Notes: generated from the letters alone by a model not told the origin. 64,000 nt of DNA from an uncultured Acidimicrobiales bacterium (GCA_943788915.1 CALSSD010000004.1:124001-188000), one strand, 5' to 3'. Positions 1-10,747 are shown, counted from the first letter of the stretch. Made by a program: numbers and translations.

Positions 1-1
1 C

Positions 2-208
2 GCCCGCAACTTCGATATCGACGGTGACATCGCGGCCTGGCGAGAATTCCAGATCACGGTGAACGGCGAAGACCGTGATCTGCTCGAGGTGCTCAAGCCA
101 AAACGTATTGCCATCGATGGTTCCGAGTCGGGCGAGATTGCCCTGTCGGTTGATGCGTTTACGATTGCGTACCGGCGACTGTGGCGACAGGTTCTGGGCC
201 AGACCTAG
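2..208 (+). CDS. 3' end of an unidentified gene, truncated by the window edge
   Basis: Open frame ARNFDIDGDIAAWREFQITVNGEDRDLLEVLKPKRIAIDG...VLGQT* with GC3-rich codons; TAG at 206-208 overlaps the convergent MFS 3' end. Confidence 0.55.
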   Translation, partial: ARNFDIDGDIAAWREFQITVNGEDRDLLEVLKPKRIAIDGSESGEIALSVDAFTIAYRRLWRQVLGQT

Positions 209-1649
209 TGCGGCGGGCTACGAAGATGCCCACGATCATGGCTCCGGCGGCAAAGAACAAGCCGGCGTTCGATGCGGCTCGAAAAGCCGACCGGCTTTCG
301 TCGCTGGCGATGTCGCTGACAAGGGTCGACTGCCCTTCGTCGAGCTGTGCTTCGAAGACGATCCGTTGGATCGCCCCGAGCACGCCAACACCAATCGAGG
401 CACCGAGCTCGATGGACATGTCGTTGAGGCTGGCGGCAGAACCAGCAAAGGCAGGTTCGACCTCGCCCACGACTCGGTCAACCGAGAGCGGAATGGCAAG
501 ACCGTTCCCTGCGCCAGCAACCAGCCCGGCCACGATGAACACAGGACGGTTGCCTTCGGGTACGAGGCCCATGCCGACATAACCCACGGCCATGATGACC
601 AGCCCAAAGGTGATCACGTTTGACACGCCGAACCGTTCACTCAATGGCATGCAGGTGTTGGCCACAATGACTTCGATCACGCCGATGGGCACCAGGAGTA
701 ACCCGGTGACCAGTGCCGTCTCTTGCCAGCCGATCTGCAACAACAACGCGGCCACAAACAACACGCCGTTGAAACCAATCGCGGCGATGACCAGGGTGCC
801 TGCTCCCGCAACACGGTCGCGATCATCGAACAACGACAGTGGCAACAGGGGGTCGGGTGTCCGTCGCTCGTGGGCAATGAACGCGGCGATAAATACGAAT
901 GAGCCGATGACCGCAGCGATAGTGGTCACGGCGAGTGGGTGACCTGGACCCTCGATCGCGACGTAGACCAGACAGCCAACGGCCGCAACTGAGAGCAGGG
1001 TGCCAATGATGTCGAAGCGACCGGTGCGTTGTCCGGGAAGCACCGGCACCCAGACCCGAGCGCCCACCAGGCCAAGCACGGCGAGGGCAGCGTTCAACAC
1101 GAACACGGCTTGCCATCCTGAGATGGTGATCAGCCAGCCCCCAATGGCGGGGCCGAATGCTCCACCTGCGCCAGCCAGGCTTGACCAGAGAGCGATGGCC
1201 CGTCCTCGATCTCGGTTGTTGAATACCTCGCTTAGTGCCGACAGGGTGGCGGGCATCATGACCGCGGCGCCGAGACCAGCAATGACGCGGGCCATGATCA
1301 TCACGTTGACTGAGCCGGCGGTGGCTCCGAAGGCATTTCCCGCAGCGAAGATGGCGAAGCCGAGGATCAGCGCAGCACGACGTCCGATGCGATCGCCGAG
1401 TGCACCTCCGGCGAGCAGGAGCCCAGCGAAGACCACGGCATAGGAGTCAACAATCCATTGTAGATCGTCGATCTCGGCGTCGAAGTCACCAGCGATTTCT
1501 GGCAGTGCAACATTGAGGGCGGTGAGTGCGACAACGAGCAGAAAGACACCAAGGCATGAAACTGCAAGCGTGCGTCGCCGGTCAGGATGACCCTGGTCGG
1601 GTAGTTCAGCTAGCGAAGTCAGAACGAAGCGCCGCCTTGTCGCTGTCAT
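159..1649 (-). CDS. MFS drug-efflux-type transporter (DHA2/EmrB-QacA-like, about 14 TM); start uncertain
   Basis: ALNVALPEI, WIVDSY, motif A GALGDRIGRR, ARVIAGLGAA, GPAIGGWL and many hydrophobic segments. Confidence 0.9.
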   Translation of the reverse strand: MTATRRRFVLTSLAELPDQGHPDRRRTLAVSCLGVFLLVVALTALNVALPEIAGDFDAEIDDLQWIVDSYAVVFAGLLLAGGALGDRIGRRAALILGFAIFAAGNAFGATAGSVNVMIMARVIAGLGAAVMMPATLSALSEVFNNRDRGRAIALWSSLAGAGGAFGPAIGGWLITISGWQAVFVLNAALAVLGLVGARVWVPVLPGQRTGRFDIIGTLLSVAAVGCLVYVAIEGPGHPLAVTTIAAVIGSFVFIAAFIAHERRTPDPLLPLSLFDDRDRVAGAGTLVIAAIGFNGVLFVAALLLQIGWQETALVTGLLLVPIGVIEVIVANTCMPLSERFGVSNVITFGLVIMAVGYVGMGLVPEGNRPVFIVAGLVAGAGNGLAIPLSVDRVVGEVEPAFAGSAASLNDMSIELGASIGVGVLGAIQRIVFEAQLDEGQSTLVSDIASDESRSAFRAASNAGLFFAAGAMIVGIFVARRTRSGPEPVATVAGTQS

Positions 1650-2623
1650 CAAGCCAGGACGCAGTGATCGCCGCATCGCGAATACTCGTCATGGCAGCAT
1701 GGTCGAGGCCAAACGCGGCGGAGACCCGTTCGTATTCATCGGCGAGATCGAACTGGAAGAACGCGGGATCGTCGCTGTTGAGCGTGACCAACACACCCGC
1801 GTCGCGCTGAGCAGCGAATGGGTGATCGGCAAGCGTGTCGACGATCGACAGCTCTACGTTGGACGTGGGGCAGTTGGTGAGAGGGATCTGCTCGTCGACC
1901 ACCCGCTTGGTGAGCTCGGGATCTTCGAGCAGGCGAGTTCCATGGTCGATGCGGTCGATCCCGGCTTCGACCATGTGGCGGATGTTGTCGGCGGGGCCGT
2001 CTTCGCCGCAGTGGAAACAGGTCTTGAGGCCGATGTTCTTGGCCTCGGCCATAAGTGGCGCAAACATGCGGTGGTCCAAGCCACGTTCGGTTGAGTCGCC
2101 ACCGATACCAATCAACAGCTCGCGGTCAAGACCACGTGCGACTTCGAGCAGGCCCATCGCTGGTCCGAGGCCCTTGGGCTTGTCGATATCCAGGATGAGC
2201 CGGGTGCGTACACCGAAGTCGGCTTCGCCCTCGGCGACACCGGCCACCAGCCCCTGCCAGACGGTCTCGAACGGCACACCCCGATCCAGGTGGAAACCTG
2301 GTGAGAAGAACATCTCGCGATAGGTGATGCCGGCCTTCGCTCCGTCTTCGGCGGCTTCATACGCCAACCGATGGAAGTCGTTTGGTTCGAGCAGAACCGA
2401 GCACACGGTCCCGAACGCAGCCAGGAAGTCGGCGAGCGACTCGTATTCGTAGAGGTCAGCGGGGTCAGTCGACGCCGATGTCGATGCCATGATGGGCGGC
2501 GAGTTCAGCAACCGTCTGAACCCGCGCCGTGCCTTCGACATGACAGTGCAGCTCAACCTTGGGCAGCGATCGCAATGGCGAGTCGGGCGCTGCGATCTGA
2601 TCGGGGCGGAGTTTGGTTGCCAT
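1606..2623 (-). pseudogene. add: Adenosine/adenine deaminase family protein split by a frameshift near 2468 (real or read error)
   Basis: ATG 2623 reads MATKLRPDQ...LPKVELHCHVEGT (HxH metal motif) and stops at GVD*; second frame continues TDPADLYEY...YREMFFSP, HCGE, RIDHG, CPTSN, LNSDDP. Confidence 0.85.
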
Positions 2624-2702
2624 GGAGAGAATCTAGTTGTGGCCGTTCATGGCTGCAGCATTGCCGTGTTGCCGGGGGATGAATTCGTGCCAGGCTGCTC
2701 GT

Positions 2703-3467
2703 ATGACAAATCAGTTTTCGCTCGACGGTCGGGTGGTGCTGATCACCGGCTCATCACAAGGTATTGGTTTGGCGCTGGCCACAGCCTGCGCCGAAGCCGG
2801 TGCTCACATCGTGATCAATGCCCGCAGCACCGACAAGATCGAGGTTGCCGTTGCCATGTTGCGCGACCGCGGCCACCAGGCCACAGGGCATGCAGCCGAC
2901 GTGACCGACCAGGAGCAGGTCGAGGACATGGTGGTTGCGACCGAACGCGACGTCGGCCCGATCGCAGGTCTAATCAACAATGCCGGGATCCAACGACGGG
3001 CCAAGTTTCTGGACTTTGCGCTCGACGACTATCGCCAGGTGATGGAGACCAACCTGGTGGCCCCGTTTCTGGTCGCTCAGTCAGTAGGCAGGCGTATGGC
3101 CGAACGTGGAGCTGGCCGCATCATCAATATTGGATCGGTGCAGTCACAACTCGGCCGCCCAACGATCGTGCCGTACGCCGCCAGCAAAGGTGGGCTGCTG
3201 ATGATGACTCGAGGCATGTGTGCCGACCTTGGCCCGTTGGGTATCCAGGTGAACAGCATCGCGCCGGGTTACTTCGCCACCGAGTTAACCGAGGCGCTGG
3301 TGAACGACGAAACCTTCTCCCAGTGGGTCGCCGATCGAACTCCGGCTGGGCGCTGGGGTCAGATCGAAGAACTCGGTGGCGCCGCCGTCTTCTTACTCTC
3401 AGATGCTGCGAGTTTCATCAACGGCCAAACACTCTTCGTTGATGGAGGTATGACAGCGGTCGTGTAG
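2703..3467 (+). CDS. SDR oxidoreductase, gluconate 5-dehydrogenase-like
   Basis: TGSSQGIG, NNAGIQRR, IGSVQSQLGRPTIVPYAASKG, PGYFATEL, RTPAGRWG resemble IdnO/Gno. Confidence 0.85.
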   Translation: MTNQFSLDGRVVLITGSSQGIGLALATACAEAGAHIVINARSTDKIEVAVAMLRDRGHQATGHAADVTDQEQVEDMVVATERDVGPIAGLINNAGIQRRAKFLDFALDDYRQVMETNLVAPFLVAQSVGRRMAERGAGRIINIGSVQSQLGRPTIVPYAASKGGLLMMTRGMCADLGPLGIQVNSIAPGYFATELTEALVNDETFSQWVADRTPAGRWGQIEELGGAAVFLLSDAASFINGQTLFVDGGMTAVV

Positions 3468-3583
3468 CCGTGTCCATGTCTCAGCTTCACGAGGTTCTCG
3501 ACTGTTGCCCCTGCTGTCGCACGTTCATCAACCAGATCGACGCCGGTTACAAAGCGCAGCCGGGCGCGTCCCAGACTGGTCAG

Positions 3584-4012
3584 ATGAACGCCGATAACGA
3601 ATCCAACGCAGACGAGACCGAGCCCACGCCCGAGGTGATGGCCGCGCTCGGGGGCGGCCGAGTGCTCGAAGCCGACGGCGAGCTCGGTCGGTCGCTGCTC
3701 GAATTCACCTGCAAACCCGAGATGTGCCACTCCGGAGGTGTGGCTCAAGGCGGGTTCGTCACCGGCTGGATCGACTCGGCAATGGCGCACGCTTGCGTCG
3801 CCCGCTACACCACCGCGTACTGGATCGCCACCCTGGAGATCAAGGTGAGCTTCTTCAAGCCGGCCACACCGGGGATTGTCATCGCCGAAGGGTGGATCGA
3901 ACGGGCCGGCAAGCAGACGGTCTTCACCGAGGGTCGACTCCTTGACAGCGATGGTGAGGTGCTGGCGAAGGGAACGTCGACCATTCGTCTCGTGCCGAAC
4001 CGGTCCGACTGA
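3584..4012 (+). CDS. PaaI family (hotdog-fold) thioesterase
   Basis: GVAQGGFVTGWIDSAMA, TLEIKVSFFKP, EGRLLDSDGEVLAKGT. Confidence 0.85.
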   Translation: MNADNESNADETEPTPEVMAALGGGRVLEADGELGRSLLEFTCKPEMCHSGGVAQGGFVTGWIDSAMAHACVARYTTAYWIATLEIKVSFFKPATPGIVIAEGWIERAGKQTVFTEGRLLDSDGEVLAKGTSTIRLVPNRSD

Positions 4013-4238
4013 CATCGTCGGCATCGGGAGTCGTCGCCGTGGCGCCCACATCCGACACGTCCTATGGGGCCACGGGTCACGAGGGAATAGTTGGGATGCT
4101 TCTACTGGGTGGTTTAGGGCTTCAGTATCGATGTCCTCGGTCACCCGATATTCGGCGATAGGGGCGATAGGTAGGTGATCGCGTAGACCAGTTGATGAGC
4201 GGCGTGACAGATATGGCAGCGGCTCGTGCTTTCGCAGC

Positions 4239-5567
4239 TCAGTCAAAGCGGCTCGCTGGCTCTTTCAACCCGTAGTGAGCGCGGAGAGTGTTGCCCTCGT
4301 AGCTGGTTCGGAAGATGCCGCGCTTTCGGAGCTCTGGGATGACTTCTTCGATGAATGCATCGAGCATTTTGGGTAGTACTGGCGGCATGAGGTTGAACCC
4401 ATCTGCGGCCCCGTCGTTAACCCAATCTTCCATGAGGTCAGCAACTTGCTCAGGTGTTCCGGCAAACGTGTAGTGGCCCCGTGCGCCCGACAGCTTGAAC
4501 AGCAACTCGCGTAACGTCGGCTTCTGATTCCGCACCAGATCAACGATCAGGCTTGGCCGGCTAATGCTTCCTTGAAGAGTGCGTGGATCGGGGAAGTCCT
4601 CTGGCGAGAGCGGCGTGTCCAGGCTCAAATGGGTCAGGTCAACGCCGCCGAATGCTCCGGATAGCCGCGTCAACCCGACTTCTTGGTTGCCCAACTCGTC
4701 TAGGTCTCGCGCGTACTGGTTAGCTTCGGTTTCGGTCGAAGCAACAACTGGGCTCAGCCCGGGCATGATCAGGCATTGATCTGGGCTCCGCCCTAGAGCA
4801 ACGACACGTGATTTGATGTCTCGATAAAAGTCTTGGGCGGCCGATTTCTCAAGAACTGCAGTGAAGATCGCTTCGCCATGTTTTGCGGCAAACGCTCGTC
4901 CCGGCTCAGACGACCCAGCCTGCACAAGCACTGGCCTGCCCTGTGGAGACCGCGGCACCGTCAACGGCCCACGGACATGATAGAAGTGGCCGTCGTGGTT
5001 CACCGGCTCGATGCGACCAGGCAAGGTGTACTGGCCGTTGGCACGATCGTCTAGAACAGCGTCCTTTGCCCAACTGTCCCAGAGACCATTAGCAACGGTC
5101 AGAAATTCGTCAGCGCGTGCATAACGTTCCTCGATCTGAGCTTGAGGATTCGCGCTGTAGTTTTCTGCGGCCGCAGCCGACGCAGTGGTCACGATGTTCC
5201 AGGCAGAACGACCATTACTAATATGATCAAGAGAGGCGAATTGACGGGCGAGGTTGTACGGCTCGACGTATGTCGTCGACGCGGTTCCGATAATGCCTAT
5301 CTTCTCGGTGATCGCAGCTAGCGCTCCCGATAGAGGAATCGGATCGAGAACGGCACGGGGTGTGTGCTCGATATCGGAACCGAGCGCCAAGATGTCGGAG
5401 AGAAATATCGAATCGAAGGTCGCAGCCTCGGCCTTCTTCGCCAACTCCTCGTAATAGCGGAAGTCCGTGAGCAGGTAGGGGGAAGCATCAGGATGCCTCC
5501 ACGCGGCCTCATGATGACCCCGACTGTGGATGAAAAGGTTCAGGTGTACTTGGCGCTTCATCATCAT
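4239..5567 (-). CDS. NtaA/DmoA/SnaA family FMN-dependent monooxygenase (LLM class)
   Basis: GHHEAAWRHP, TASTTYVEPYNLARQFASLDHISNGRSAWNIVT, PRSPQGRPVLVQAGSS, ADGFNLMP, YEGNTLR. Confidence 0.92.
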   Translation of the reverse strand: MMMKRQVHLNLFIHSRGHHEAAWRHPDASPYLLTDFRYYEELAKKAEAATFDSIFLSDILALGSDIEHTPRAVLDPIPLSGALAAITEKIGIIGTASTTYVEPYNLARQFASLDHISNGRSAWNIVTTASAAAAENYSANPQAQIEERYARADEFLTVANGLWDSWAKDAVLDDRANGQYTLPGRIEPVNHDGHFYHVRGPLTVPRSPQGRPVLVQAGSSEPGRAFAAKHGEAIFTAVLEKSAAQDFYRDIKSRVVALGRSPDQCLIMPGLSPVVASTETEANQYARDLDELGNQEVGLTRLSGAFGGVDLTHLSLDTPLSPEDFPDPRTLQGSISRPSLIVDLVRNQKPTLRELLFKLSGARGHYTFAGTPEQVADLMEDWVNDGAADGFNLMPPVLPKMLDAFIEEVIPELRKRGIFRTSYEGNTLRAHYGLKEPASRFD

Positions 5568-5724
5568 TGCCTTCTTACCAGGAGGGGTTCCGCCTCGCCG
5601 AAACGACGCGTGCAGGCGCGGGTCTCGCCGGAATCGGGTGTCGTCAGATCCCGATCTGCGATCGGTCCCCGTCGAGCAGCTCTACTAGCGTCGTCCGCAG
5701 AGGACCGAGAAGCCCAGAGGAACG

Positions 5725-6492
5725 ATGATCGACATGACCTACGCAACGACGATTACCGAGATCGACCTGCAGACCGACGACGGAATAATGAACTGCCATG
5801 TCATCACGCCGGATCGGCCTGGCCCGCAGCGTGCGGTGATCGTGTACATGCCCGCATCGGGTATTCGGGCCGAGCTAGTCAGTATCGCCGCCCGGATCGC
5901 ATCCTCCGGATACGTCGCCGTCCTCCCCAACTCCTTCTATCGGCTGGCGCGCCACGTTGACATCAACGCCAACCGGCTCGGGGACGACGACTACCTTCCT
6001 GTGCGTCAGTTCATGATGGAGCTCGCCGACAACATCACGAACGCCAGGATCATCCACGACACCGGCGTGATCCTCGATTGGCTCGATACTCAAGAGAGCA
6101 TCGACTCGAGCATCGTTGGAGGCGTGGGCTACTGCATGGGTGGCCGGCTGGTCATGGCGGCGGCCGGCGCCTACCCCGACCGCATGATCGCAACGGCGTC
6201 GCTGTACGGCTCGGGCATTGTCACCGACGAATCGGACTCACCGCACCTGAAGTTGCACGAGGTCATCGGCGAGCTGTATTTCGGACTCGCGAGCGACGAC
6301 ATCTATGTGAGCGATGCGGAGATGGACGCGCTGAAGGCCCACATGGCGACCCTCGACGTCGCCCATACGATCGAGCTGTATCCGAACACCGAGCACGGCT
6401 TCGTCTTTCCCGAGCGGTACTGCTTCTCGCCCGAGGCCAGTGACCATCACTACGAGCGGCTGGCCGATCTCTTCGCCCGAAATCTCGGCTGA
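5725..6492 (+). CDS. Dienelactone hydrolase family protein
   Basis: GYCMGG nucleophile elbow, D in LASDD, H in EHGF; RBS GAGGA upstream. Confidence 0.9.
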   Translation: MIDMTYATTITEIDLQTDDGIMNCHVITPDRPGPQRAVIVYMPASGIRAELVSIAARIASSGYVAVLPNSFYRLARHVDINANRLGDDDYLPVRQFMMELADNITNARIIHDTGVILDWLDTQESIDSSIVGGVGYCMGGRLVMAAAGAYPDRMIATASLYGSGIVTDESDSPHLKLHEVIGELYFGLASDDIYVSDAEMDALKAHMATLDVAHTIELYPNTEHGFVFPERYCFSPEASDHHYERLADLFARNLG

Positions 6493-6660
6493 TCCGCCAA
6501 CATGCGCTGAATTTGCCTGGCACTGGAGGAGATGTGGCGACCGAACAGACCCCGGGCATGTCCCCGGGCTCCTCTCCGCTCGCCGAGGTTCGACAAGGCG
6601 TTGGGTGGAGAAGTACCACTAGCCGCCGATCTATATTCGATCAGTGAACACCGACCGTCC

Positions 6661-7401
6661 TCAGACGTCGAAGCGGTTGTAGGTCGGGGTGATCAGAATT
6701 TCGTTCAGCGTGACGTGAGCAGGTTGCTGAGCGACAAACAGGATCAGGTCACCGACATCTTCAGACTGCAGGATACGGGCCTTGTCCTCGTCGCTGACCG
6801 GAACGGGTCGGGCATCGAGGATTGGAGTGGCGACTTCGCCTGGGCAGATCGCTGTGGCCCGGATGCCATTGTTACGTTCCTCGACCAGCAGGCTCGCCGT
6901 CATCGCATTCATCGCATGTTTGGCCGACGTGTAGGCCGGGCCGGTGAGTGCGCTGACACCCTTGGCAGCCATCGAGGACACATTGATGATCAGCCCATCG
7001 CCCCGTTCGCGCATGCCCGGCACCAAGGCATGGCAGCAGTAGAAGGCACCGCTCAGGTCGATGTTGATCACGTCGTCCCACGCATCGGTTGTGACCACGG
7101 GCCAGTTCCGATTGTTCACGTTGATACCCGCGCTCAGTACCGCAATATCGACGCGACCATGCTCGGCGAGGATCCGATCCACGACCGACGCGACCGCGTG
7201 TTTGTCCGACACATCGAGAGGTTCAGCAGATGCGGTGCCACCACCGGCGGCGATCCGTTCGACCAAGGAGTCCAGCGGTTCGGCCCGCCTGCCCGATACC
7301 ACCACGGTGCATCCGGCTTCGGCCAGCTTCAGTGCGGCTGACTCACCAATTCCAGTGCCCGCACCGGTAATCCACGCCACTTGTCCAGAAAGATCTCGCA
7401 T
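6661..7401 (-). CDS. SDR family oxidoreductase
   Basis: TGAGTGIG, LSAGIN, YTSAK, CPGEVATPIL; TAGCGT 7 nt before ATG 7401. Confidence 0.9.
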   Translation of the reverse strand: MRDLSGQVAWITGAGTGIGESAALKLAEAGCTVVVSGRRAEPLDSLVERIAAGGGTASAEPLDVSDKHAVASVVDRILAEHGRVDIAVLSAGINVNNRNWPVVTTDAWDDVINIDLSGAFYCCHALVPGMRERGDGLIINVSSMAAKGVSALTGPAYTSAKHAMNAMTASLLVEERNNGIRATAICPGEVATPILDARPVPVSDEDKARILQSEDVGDLILFVAQQPAHVTLNEILITPTYNRFDV

Positions 7402-7423
7402 GGCCATGACGCTAGTGCGCTGG

Positions 7424-8308
7424 CTACGGGCGATATGGATCGAGGTCCAGGTTGGGGTAACGACGTTGCACCCCGGCGAGTGTCTCGTCGTCCCAGTAGG
7501 GGTCTCCCACGCGGGGAAAGCCAAACAGATCCCGCTCTCGCAGACTTGCCTGTTCGATCATCGCCGCCCAACCTGGTTTGGTGGCATGATTCGGCCAGGC
7601 AACCTTGCCCATCCATGTTGGCCCTCGGGCCTGGTAGTCGGCGAGTAGTGCGAATCGGCTGCGGTTTGGTTCGGTGAAGTTCGTGCCCCGATGGAACACA
7701 TCGGTTCGGTACAACAACATGGTGCCTGCTGGTCCAACGACAGGAACCTCGACATCAGCCAGCTCACCGGGAGCGAGCGAATTCGGCCACACACCAGCGG
7801 CGAGTTCGACACCTAGCGGAATGTGTCGGCTGTACTTAAGCGGCACAAGTTTGGTCGGGCCGTCGGCCTCGGTCACGTCACTCAAGAGCGTGAACGAAGT
7901 GAGTTGCCGCCCGACACCGTCGCTGCGAGGAACAACCAACGTGTGGTTGCCAAAGTCCCGGTGGAGCGGCTGGTCGTAGTCGACGGCGCCGCTGTACTTG
8001 GCCCACAACTCAACCTTGTACAGCTCTAAGTCGTCAGAACCCAGGAATCGTTCGGCAGCGTCGACCAGATTTGGATGGAACGCCAGCCGGTCGAGATCCC
8101 AGCCATACGAAGGCAGACGGATGCCGCTGAACTGACTGCACTCGAACTCAGGCCAGTTCTCGGGGCCGGCAAAGTACTGCTCGGGCGTCGGGAAGATCTC
8201 GAACATGACAGACCGAGCACGCTCGACCTCGTCGTTGGTCAAGAACCCTTCGACGATGACAAAACCTCGATGCTCGAGTTCGTCAAGGTGCGTCTGCTCC
8301 AATCGCAT
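7424..8308 (-). CDS. Phytanoyl-CoA dioxygenase (PhyH) family Fe/2OG dioxygenase
   Basis: GFVIVEGFL, LHRD...FHRG facial triad, GPTKLVP, GPAGT, NRSR. Confidence 0.85.
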   Translation of the reverse strand: MRLEQTHLDELEHRGFVIVEGFLTNDEVERARSVMFEIFPTPEQYFAGPENWPEFECSQFSGIRLPSYGWDLDRLAFHPNLVDAAERFLGSDDLELYKVELWAKYSGAVDYDQPLHRDFGNHTLVVPRSDGVGRQLTSFTLLSDVTEADGPTKLVPLKYSRHIPLGVELAAGVWPNSLAPGELADVEVPVVGPAGTMLLYRTDVFHRGTNFTEPNRSRFALLADYQARGPTWMGKVAWPNHATKPGWAAMIEQASLRERDLFGFPRVGDPYWDDETLAGVQRRYPNLDLDPYRP

Positions 8309-8464
8309 GACACCCGATAGTAACGGTGACGTCCGTGCCGGGGTTCTGTCGTCACCGGGTTCGGAAGTGAGCGACCAGGCTCCACACGCCGATGCATGCA
8401 GCACCGCTCGTAGGGACCACCAATCCTGCGTGCGCGCCGTAACCGAAACACGACCTACGCTGCG

Positions 8465-9046
8465 ATGGTGGTCAAACGTAGTGGTGTCATGGTGTTGCCG
8501 GGTATGGGCGCTGGCGATGCATCAACCATTGCGATTCGGACCGCGCTGGCTTCGCAGGGATACCGAGTTCATCGGTGGAACTTGGGCCGCAACGTGCCGA
8601 CACCCGAGTTGCAGAGTGCACTGCGTTCACGATTCTTCGATGTTGCCGAGCGATACGACGAGCCGGTAGCCCTTGTCGGCTGGAGCCTGGGTGGTCTGTA
8701 TGCCCATCGGCTGGCCGAATTTGCGCCGAACATGGTGCGGTCGGTGATCACGCTGGGAAGCCCACTCAACGATGGCGAACAATTGCCGTCGCTTTCGGTA
8801 CCTACAACATCTATCTATTCGCGCAACGATCGTGTGGTGTCATGGGCGCGGTCACTGGTCGACGACCGGCAACCGCGTCACGAGAACGTTGAGGTTCGGA
8901 GCACCCACCTCACGCTTGGTATCGATCCTTCGGTGATGGTGGTGATCAGCGATCGATTGCGGCGCGATCCCGATCGATGGAAACCATTTCGCACGCCGCC
9001 ACTGATGGGTGCGGTGTATCCCGGTCAACCCCGCTCAGACGGCTAA
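8465..9046 (+). CDS. Alpha/beta hydrolase (lipase/esterase-like)
   Basis: VLPG oxyanion loop, GWSLGG, ITLGSP, YSRNDRVV, STH. Confidence 0.85.
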   Translation: MVVKRSGVMVLPGMGAGDASTIAIRTALASQGYRVHRWNLGRNVPTPELQSALRSRFFDVAERYDEPVALVGWSLGGLYAHRLAEFAPNMVRSVITLGSPLNDGEQLPSLSVPTTSIYSRNDRVVSWARSLVDDRQPRHENVEVRSTHLTLGIDPSVMVVISDRLRRDPDRWKPFRTPPLMGAVYPGQPRSDG

Positions 9047-9157
9047 CGCTCGAACCCAGACACGGCCAAACTCAGACACGGGCGTACCTCAGTTGAATCA
9101 CTTGGACAATGTGGTGTGTTCATGAACCAACCGTGCTGAAGGTGCGGGTAGTGATTG

Positions 9158-9954
9158 CGCACGCACGTTCGGCGAACCCGGTCGCTTGGGTCAGGTCGGC
9201 GTCGACGATTAGCCCGTTGCGGTTCTCGATCAACAGATGCCCCATGTAGGACAGCTCGGCGGCGGCGTTGTTGGACTTGCGGAACAACATCGCCTCAGGA
9301 TCGGTCGTGGACCTATGGGTCTTGTTCGATCGTTTCTGGCCTTTGAAATCGACTTCGGCGTTTCGGCCCTTGAACCCGTTCCCATCGCCCTGGTCGTCGT
9401 TGCTGGGGTTGGTGGGTTTGAAGCTCTTGTTCGACGCCCACGCCTGCAACAGGGTCCCGTCAACACTGAAATGCTCCGAGGACATGTAGCGACGCAACTT
9501 CGCCTGGTGCACCACCGCAGCGAAGAACTGGTCGGCGATCTGGTGATCCAACAGCCGTTGGCGGTTCTTGGTGAACGTCGTTGGATCGAACGCTTTCCCG
9601 TCGATCGGGATGTCGAGGAACCATTTGAACAACATGTCGTAGTTCAGCCGTTCGCAGAACGCCCGCTCCGAACGCATCGAGTACATCGCCATCAACACCG
9701 TCGACTTCAACAGGGTTTCGGGCGGCACCGACCGGCGACCCGCCGACGCATACATCGCGTCGAACTCGCCGTCCATGCCCGCCAGCACCTCGTCCACCAC
9801 CACCCGGATACGCCGGATCGGATGATCCGGCGGGATCAAATCCTCGGTCGACAACGACGACAACATCGACAACTGACGATCAGGAGTTCCACGCATCACC
9901 CCAGCATGACGAAAACCGAACCAGATCGCGAGCCCTTTTTCAGCACCCTGCTAG
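9158..9954 (-). mobile_element. Truncated IS5/IS1182-like insertion sequence: left end plus the 5' part of a DDE transposase (ORF 9120-9899)
   Basis: DHPIRRI, GRRSVPPETLLK, RSERAFCERL, FSVDGT, HRSTTDPEA; transposase-like sequence stops after GFAERACA; end TTTTCAGCACCCTG (9937-9950) abuts CTAG (9951-9954). Confidence 0.9.
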
Positions 9955-9991
9955 TAGCTTCCGGACATTCAGGTGTCACAGAAACGAGGTG

Positions 9992-10747
9992 TCAACACGT
10001 GGAGTCGTAAAACGACCGGGCCTCGGCCAACGTTTCGTGGTTGCCGATGTCGTGGTACGCACCCACGATTGGCCGGGCCAGCACGGGTTGTTGACTGGCC
10101 AGCCATCCAACAAAACGGCCAGGTGAGTCGGCGTCGCCGGCAACCAGGTAACTGGCCAGCAGGCCAGCCGCTGCGGCTGGCAGGACATAACTGCACGTGG
10201 CTGCCAACGGAGACCCGGGCTTGGCAGGTTTCTCACGAAATCGGGTGATCATGTGGTCGTCATCGATGGTCACTTCGCCAAACCGTCCTGCAGGGACGGA
10301 GTCACCCAGGTCCCGGCACAGCACGACAGGCTGGTTCGCGTGGAGTGCCGCTGCTATGTGTGGGCCGAGCGGCTCGTCGAGCAGATTGTCGCCAGCCAAA
10401 ACGATGATCCAGTCGGCATCACCAACCCGTTCGACACCCCGAGCAAGATCAGCGACCGCTCCGTGTCGCTCCTCGTTCGTGACAACGCCGTTGGATACCA
10501 GCTCCACCGTCGGGTGGGACGGGACGTCCTGTTGCCAGTCGTTCCACTGATCGCGGTGGCGGTCATTAATCACCACAACAACACGATCGAGACCTGGCAC
10601 CTGCGTGAGTCGGGCGAGAAGATGTGATGCCACCGGCTGGTGTCCAACGACGAGCAACGGTTTGGGTGTGCGGTCGGTGAGTGGTGCCAGCCGGGTGCCG
10701 AACCCGGCAGCAAGAATGACCGCAGCGATGGTGCCGGGTGCGTTCAT
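9992..10747 (-). CDS. Sugar-1-phosphate nucleotidyltransferase (NTP_transferase family)
   Basis: ILAAGFGTRL...PKPLL, GAVAD, LAGDNL, FREKP, YHDIG; ATGA overlap with the upstream kinase. Confidence 0.9.
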   Translation of the reverse strand: MNAPGTIAAVILAAGFGTRLAPLTDRTPKPLLVVGHQPVASHLLARLTQVPGLDRVVVVINDRHRDQWNDWQQDVPSHPTVELVSNGVVTNEERHGAVADLARGVERVGDADWIIVLAGDNLLDEPLGPHIAAALHANQPVVLCRDLGDSVPAGRFGEVTIDDDHMITRFREKPAKPGSPLAATCSYVLPAAAAGLLASYLVAGDADSPGRFVGWLASQQPVLARPIVGAYHDIGNHETLAEARSFYDSTC

